Below are positions 57,546 through 64,000 of a stretch of 64,000 nucleotides of DNA, piece after piece (positions within the stretch are counted from its first letter, which is position 1; every line of letters starts with the position of its first letter). A program made the translations under genes and the position numbers. The notes beneath the pieces are model-generated. The model was not told the DNA's origin. It saw only the letters and a program-made list of their open reading frames with translations, and ran no database searches. Source of the DNA: the human T2T-CHM13v2.0 reference genome, Homo sapiens; the NCBI RefSeq assembly GCF_009914755.1, contig NC_060948.1; one strand, written 5' to 3'.

Positions 57546-60500
57546 ATTACATTTCATCATTCCATTACATTCCGTTTCATTAGATTCCACTCCATTCCAA
57601 TCAACTCCACTCCACTCCATTCCACTCCATTCCTTTCAATTCCACTCCATTCCATTTTATTCCACTGCTTGTCACTCCATTCCACTGCACTACACTCCAT
57701 TCCACTCCATTCCAATCCACTCCTTTCTACTCCATTCCATTCCATTCCATTCCATTCCATTCCTCTGCACTCAGATCCACTCCACTCAGCTCCACTCCAC
57801 ACCACTCCATGCCGTTCCATTCGGTTCCATGCCGTTCTGTTCCATTCCGTTCCATTTCTTTCCACTCCAGTCCACTACATTCCCTTATATTCGATTCCAT
57901 TGAACTCCATTCCACTCCTCTCCACTCCACTGCACTCCACTCCACTTCATTCAAATCCATCCCATTCCATTCCCTTCCTTATCACTGCAATGCACTCCAC
58001 ACCACTCCACTCCACTTCATTCCATTCTATTCCAATCCACTCTGTTCCTTTTCATTCCACTCCATACCATGCCATTCCACCCGATTCCATTCCATTACTT
58101 TCATTTCAATCCACTGGACTCCACTCCACCACTATCCACGACATTCCAGTCCACCCCATTCCACTCCAGTACACTCCATTCCACTCCAATCCACTCCTGT
58201 CCATTCCATTCCATTCCATTTTATTACATTCCATTAACTTCCTTTCCACTCCACTCCAATCCATTCCATTCTTCTGCACTCAGATACATTCCAGTCAACA
58301 GCACACAACTCTACTCAACTCCACTCTGTTCCGTTCAGTTCCTTTCTTTTACTTTAAATTCCATTCCCTTCTGTTCCACTGCATTCCACTCCACTACATT
58401 CCATTACATCCGATTACGTTCCTCTCCATTCCACTGCACTCCATTTCACTTCATTCCAGTCACCTTCACTCCGTTCCACTCCACTCCATTAGTTTACACT
58501 CCACTCCAAACAATCACTCCACCCCATTCCATTCCATTCCATTGCATTCCATTCCATTCCATTCCATTCCATTCCATTCCATTCCATTGCATTCCATTCC
58601 ATTCCATTCCATTGCATTCCATTCCATTCCATTCCATTCCATTGCATTTCCTTCCATTGCATTCCATTCCATTCCACTCCATTCCATTCCATTCCTATCC
58701 TTTCCATTACCATCGTTTCCACTTCATTTTATTCAATTCCACTCCCTTCCATTTCATTCCGCTACATTCCACTCCATTCCACTCCAATCCACTCCATTCC
58801 ACTCCACTACAGTCCACTTCACTCCACTCCTCTCCATTCCATTCCATTTTATTCCATTCCATACAATTCCATTCTAATCCACTCCATTCCATTCCAATCC
58901 ACTGCACTCCGATCTACTCTATTAAACTCCCCTCCACTCAACTCCACATTGCTCTGTTCTATTCGATTCGATTCCATTCCACTCCACACTATTCCATTCC
59001 ACTGATTTCCACTCCATTCAACTCCATTCCTCTTCACTCCACTGCACTCCACTCTACTCCACTCCTTTCCATTCCTTTTAATTCCACTGCACTCTGATCC
59101 ACTCAACTCAAATCCACTGCACTCAACTCCACTCCATTCCAATCCATTGCACTCATTCCCTTTCTTTCCATTCCATTCCATTCCATTCCGTTCCACTAAT
59201 TTCCATTCTATTCCTATCCATTCAACTCCACTGCATTCCATTCCTGTACTTTACACTCCACTCCACTCTATTCCACTGATTTCCACTCCACTCTACTCCG
59301 CTCAATTCCTTTCCATTCCATTCCATTTCACTGCATTCCAATCCACTCCACTCGTCTCCACTCCACTCCTCTCCACTCCTCTCTGTACCATTCCATTACT
59401 TTCCGTTCTGTTCTGTTCCTTTCCACTCCATTCCATTCCACTGCAGTCCATTTCACTCCATTCCAATCCAGTCCTCTACACTCCATGCCACTCCACTCCT
59501 TTCCATTCCATTCCATTTCCATCCATTCCATTCCAATCCCCTCCATTTCATTCCATTACGTTCATTTCCATTCCATTCCACTGCACTCCAGGCACTCCAC
59601 TCAACTCCACTCCACTACATTCTGCTAGGTTCCGTTTTCTTCCATTGCCTTTTGATCCATTCCATTTCATTCCTTTCCATTCTATTCCTTTCGATTTCAC
59701 TCCATTCCATTCCACTCCATTCCAATGCATTCCATTCCACTCCACTCCACTCTCTTCCTTTGCATTCTATTCCAATCCACTGCAATCTGATCCACTCCAC
59801 TCAACTTTGCTCCACTCCACTCCCGTCCTTTGCAGTCTGTTCCATTCCATTTCATTCCATTCCATTCCTATCCACTACTCTCCATTCCATTCCACTTCAT
59901 TCCCCTCCATTCCGTTACACTCCACTTCATTACATTCCACTCTATTCATTACCATTCCTCTCTACTCCATTCCAGTTCACTCCATTCCATTCCACTCGAC
60001 TCCATTCATTCCATTCCACTCCATTCCATTCCATTCTACCCCATTCCATCCCATTAGTCTCCATTCCACTCCACTCCACTACACTATAACCCAGTCCACT
60101 CCACTGCACTCAATTCCATTCCACTCCTCTCCATTACATTCGATTCCATTTTATTCCATTGCATTGCATTCCATTCCCTTCCATCCAATTTAACTGCATT
60201 CTGTTCCAATCCACTCAAATTCGCTCCACTCCAGTCCACTCTATTCTGTTCCATTCCATTCCATTTTCTTCCGTTCTATTCAATTCCATTCCATTTCATT
60301 CCATTCCATGCCACTCCATTCCATTCCATTCCCCTCTATTGCCCTGCATTCCTATTAAATCCACTCCACTCCATTCGACTCCAATCCACTCAAATCCAGT
60401 CCACTCCACTGCATTCTATTCCATTCCAATGGACTCCAGTCGACTCCATTCATATCCACTCCACTCCACTCTACTCAGTTCCATTCCGTTAAGTTCTGTT

Positions 60501-60772
60501 CCATTCTGTTTCATTCCGTTCCTTTCCAGTCCAATCCCTTCCACTCCCCTCCATTCCACTCCACTCCATTGCACTGCATTCCACTCCACTCAAATCCTCT
60601 CCACTCCAGTCCATTCCATTTCACTCCATTCCATTCCATTACTCTCCTTGTCACTCCAATCCACTCCACTCCATTGAACTCCACATCATTCCACTCCCCT
60701 CCACTCCATTCCACTCAATTCGTTTCCACTCCACTCCACTCCTTTCCCTTCTACTCCTTTCCAATCCATTTC

Positions 60773-60836
60773 TTTATTTCTACTTGACCTCATTCTGTCT
60801 TCCAGACTGGAGTGCAGTGTCACAATCCTGGCTAAA
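60773..60836 (-). mobile_element. AluJ-like fragment, copy 46
   Basis: ccagactggagtgcagtgtcacaatcctggct. Confidence 0.8.
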
Positions 60837-61062
60837 ATTTCATTTCACAATTCGATTCCATTCCATTCCATTTCTTTCCACTCTACTCCATTCCACTCCA
60901 CTAAACTCCACTCCACTCCTCTCCCCCCACACCACTCAATTCCATTTCACTGAACTCCATTCCATTCCATCCCATTGAATTCCATTATATTACATTCCGT
61001 ACCATTCCATTCCATACCATTCCATTAAATTCCACTCCTCTCCATTCCATTCCCCTCCATTC

Positions 61063-61119
61063 CAATGGAATCTCACTCTGTCATGCAGATTCGATTGCAG
61101 TTGCAAAATCTTCACTCAC
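61063..61119 (-). mobile_element. AluJ-like fragment, copy 47 (T-rich leader lost)
   Basis: tggaatctcactctgtcatgcagattcgattgcagttgcaaaatc. Confidence 0.7.
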
Positions 61120-62248
61120 ATTTCATTTCACTATTACATTCCATTCCATTCCGTTTCCACTGCATTCTGATATACTCCACTCAACTCCTCTCAACTCCAC
61201 TCCACTCCACTCCACTCCGTTTCGTTCCATTCCATTCCATTCCATTCCATTCCATTCCATTCCATTCCATTCCATTCCATTTCATCGCATGCCCTTCCTT
61301 TCCGGTCCATTCCATTCAATTCCACACCACTCCTTTCAATTCCACTCCATTCCACTCCATTCCTCTCCTCTACACTACAATCCACTTAACTCCACTCCAT
61401 TCCACTCCACTCCTCACCAATCCACTCCCCTCCACTCCACTCCATTGAATTGCATTTCATTCCACTTCACTCTGATCCACTCCTCTCAACTCCACTCCAC
61501 TCCACTTCATTCCATTCCGTTAGGTTCCATTCTGGTCCATTCGACTCCACTCCAGTCAATTCCTCTCCACTCCATACCACTCCACTCCAATCCACACTAC
61601 TTTACTCCACTCCATTCCACTCCACTCCATTCCATGCCACTCCACTCCATTCTGCTCCATTCCTTTCACTTTTATTACATTCAATTCCACTGCAGTGTGA
61701 TATCCTGCACTCAATTCCACTGTACACCACTTCACTGTGTTCCGATCCTTTCCCTTGTGTTCAGTTCTGTCCCATTCCATTCCACACCGTTCCATTCTCT
61801 TACACTCCAGTCCATTCCAGTCCGCTCCACTCTGTTCCGTTTTCTTCCATTCCATTCCATTCCATTCCATTCCATTCCATTCCATATTTTTCCATACCAT
61901 TCCATTCCACTTAACCCCATTCCATCCCAACCCATTCCCCTCTCTTCCACTCCACTCCACTCCTTTCCATATCATTCCATTGCAGGACACTCTGATCCAC
62001 TATACTGAACTCCACCCCACTCCACTCCACTACATTCCATTCCATACCTTTCCATTCCATTCCTTTCCATTCCATTCCACTCAAATCCATTCCACTCCAA
62101 TTCATTCCACTACACTCCTTTCCACTCCACTCCTTTTCACTCCATTCTACTCCATCGCACTCCACTCCAATCCACTCCATTTCATTCCATTCCATTCCAT
62201 TCCACTCCACTCCATTCCAATCCATTCTACTCCATTCCATTACATTGC

Positions 62249-62312
62249 TTTAATTTGACTAGATCTCATTCAGTCACCCAGATTGGAGTGCAGTGGAAAA
62301 ATATCAGCTCAC
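62249..62312 (-). mobile_element. AluJ-like fragment, copy 48
   Basis: gtcacccagattggagtgcagtggaaaaatatcagctcac. Confidence 0.82.
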
Positions 62313-63370
62313 ATTTCTTTTGACCAGTCCATTCCATTCCATTCCATTCCATTCCATTCCATTCCATTCCATTCCATTCTTTTACATTCTTCTCTATTCC
62401 AATGCACTCCGAACCACTCCACTCAACTCTACTCCAATCCCGTGCACTGCACTCTCTTGTATTCCTTTCTACTGTGTTCCATTCCATTCCATTGCATACT
62501 ATACCATTCGATTCCACTCCACTCCAATCCATTCCACTCAATTCCACTCCACTCCACCCCACTGCCCTCCACTCCATTCCATTCCATTCCGCACCACTCC
62601 TTTCCACTCCACTCCATTTCATCCAATTCTACTCAATTCCACTCCACTAATATCCACTCCAATGCATTCCACTAAACTCCATGCCCTTCCACTCCATTCC
62701 ACTCCATTCCTCTCCATTGTATTGCATTCCATTCCATTCCATTGCACTCCATTCCTCTCCATTATATTGCATTCCATTCCATTTCATTGCACTCCATTCC
62801 ATTCCATTCCATTGCACTCCATTCCATTCCATTCCACTTCATTGCATTCTACTCCACTCCACTCCATTTCATTCCATTCCATTCCACTCCAGTCTCTTCC
62901 AATCCACTCCTGTGCATTCCATTAAATTCCATTGCATTCCACTGCACTGTAATCCACTCCAATCAATTCCACTCCACTCCAATCCAATCCGTTCGATTCC
63001 ATTCGGTTCCCTTCCATTCCATTTCCCTCCATACGATTACACTCCACTCCGTTCTGCTCCACGCCATTTCTCTCCTTTCCACTTTATTCGACTCCACACC
63101 ACTCCACACCATTCCATTCCACTTCACTCCATTCCATTACACTCCATTCCATTCCATTCCATTCCACTCCACCCCATTGCACTCCACTCCACTCCATTTC
63201 ATTCCATTCAAATCCATACCATGGCATTTCAATCTACTCCACTCCACTCCATTCCACTCCACTACATTCCACTCCACTCCACTCCATTCCACTCCATTCT
63301 ATTCCAATCCACTCCATTCCATTCCATTGTACTCCATTCCATTCCATTGTACTCCATTCCATTCCATTGC

Positions 63371-63434
63371 TTTATTTCGTATGAATCTCACTCTGTCACC
63401 AAGAGTGGAGAGCAGTGGCACAATCTTAGCTGAC
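63371..63434 (-). mobile_element. AluJ-like fragment, copy 49
   Basis: tctcactctgtcaccaagagtggagagcagtggcacaatcttagc. Confidence 0.82.
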
Positions 63435-64000
63435 ATTTCATCTCACCATTCCATTCCATTCCATTCCATTGCATTCCATTCCATTCCACTCAGTTCCTCT
63501 GAAATCCGATCCACTCCACACAATTGCACTCCAATCCACTCCACTCCATTCCACTTAGTTCAAATCCGTTCTGTTCCGTTCAATTCTATTCTGTTCCATT
63601 CCATGCCACTCTTTTCCACTCCATTCCACGCCACTCAATTCCACCCCACTCTATTCCACTCCACTCTATTCCACTCGAATCCATTCCATTTCTTTCCATA
63701 CATTCCATACCAGTAGATTCCATTCCATTCCATTCCATTCCATTCCATTCCATTCCATTCCACTTCACTCAGACCCACTCCACTCAACTCCACTCCACTG
63801 CACTCCACTCCATTCCGTTCCATTCCGTTCCGTTCCATTCCATTATATTCCACTCCACTCCTTTCCTTTCCAATCCATTCCACTGAAGTCCGCTTCACTC
63901 CACTCCTGTCCACTCCATTCCATCCCATTCCGTTCCAATTCACTCTGATTTACTCCACTCAACTCCACTCCAATCCACTCCGGTACACTCCTTTCCATTC

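Larger units (their letters stand above)
40845..64000 (+). repeat. Diverged HSat3-type satellite array (CATTC/CACTC)n with interspersed Alu fragments, right of the L1
   Basis: Same pentamer composition and orientation as the left array; resumes immediately after the right TSD. Confidence 0.95.

Overview
Human pericentromeric/heterochromatic satellite DNA. About 58 kb is a highly diverged Human Satellite 3 (HSat3)-type array of CATTC/CACTC pentamers, with the C/T-rich strand on + throughout. At least 49 copies of one ~64-bp antisense AluJ-like fragment are embedded in it, all with near-identical ends and the same orientation. I recall this Alu-punctuated ancient HSat3 being described in the T2T centromere work, so it is probably not new in itself. 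A single full-length L1HS (Ta-1nd diagnostics) is inserted on the - strand at ~34808-40837 with a 9-bp target-site duplication. Its ORF1 and ORF2 are both frameshifted, while ORF0 and the promoter elements remain open. The only real coding sequences are the L1 ORFs; the hundreds of HSIPF/MEWNG ORFs are artefacts of the pentamer. Private mutations in the Alu cassettes act as barcodes. They reveal an old ~24.7-kb-offset duplication spanning the L1 site, plus nested duplications from 20 bp to ~5 kb. I found no convincing new protein-coding system. All comparisons were made by eye against remembered consensus sequences, and boundaries are approximate.
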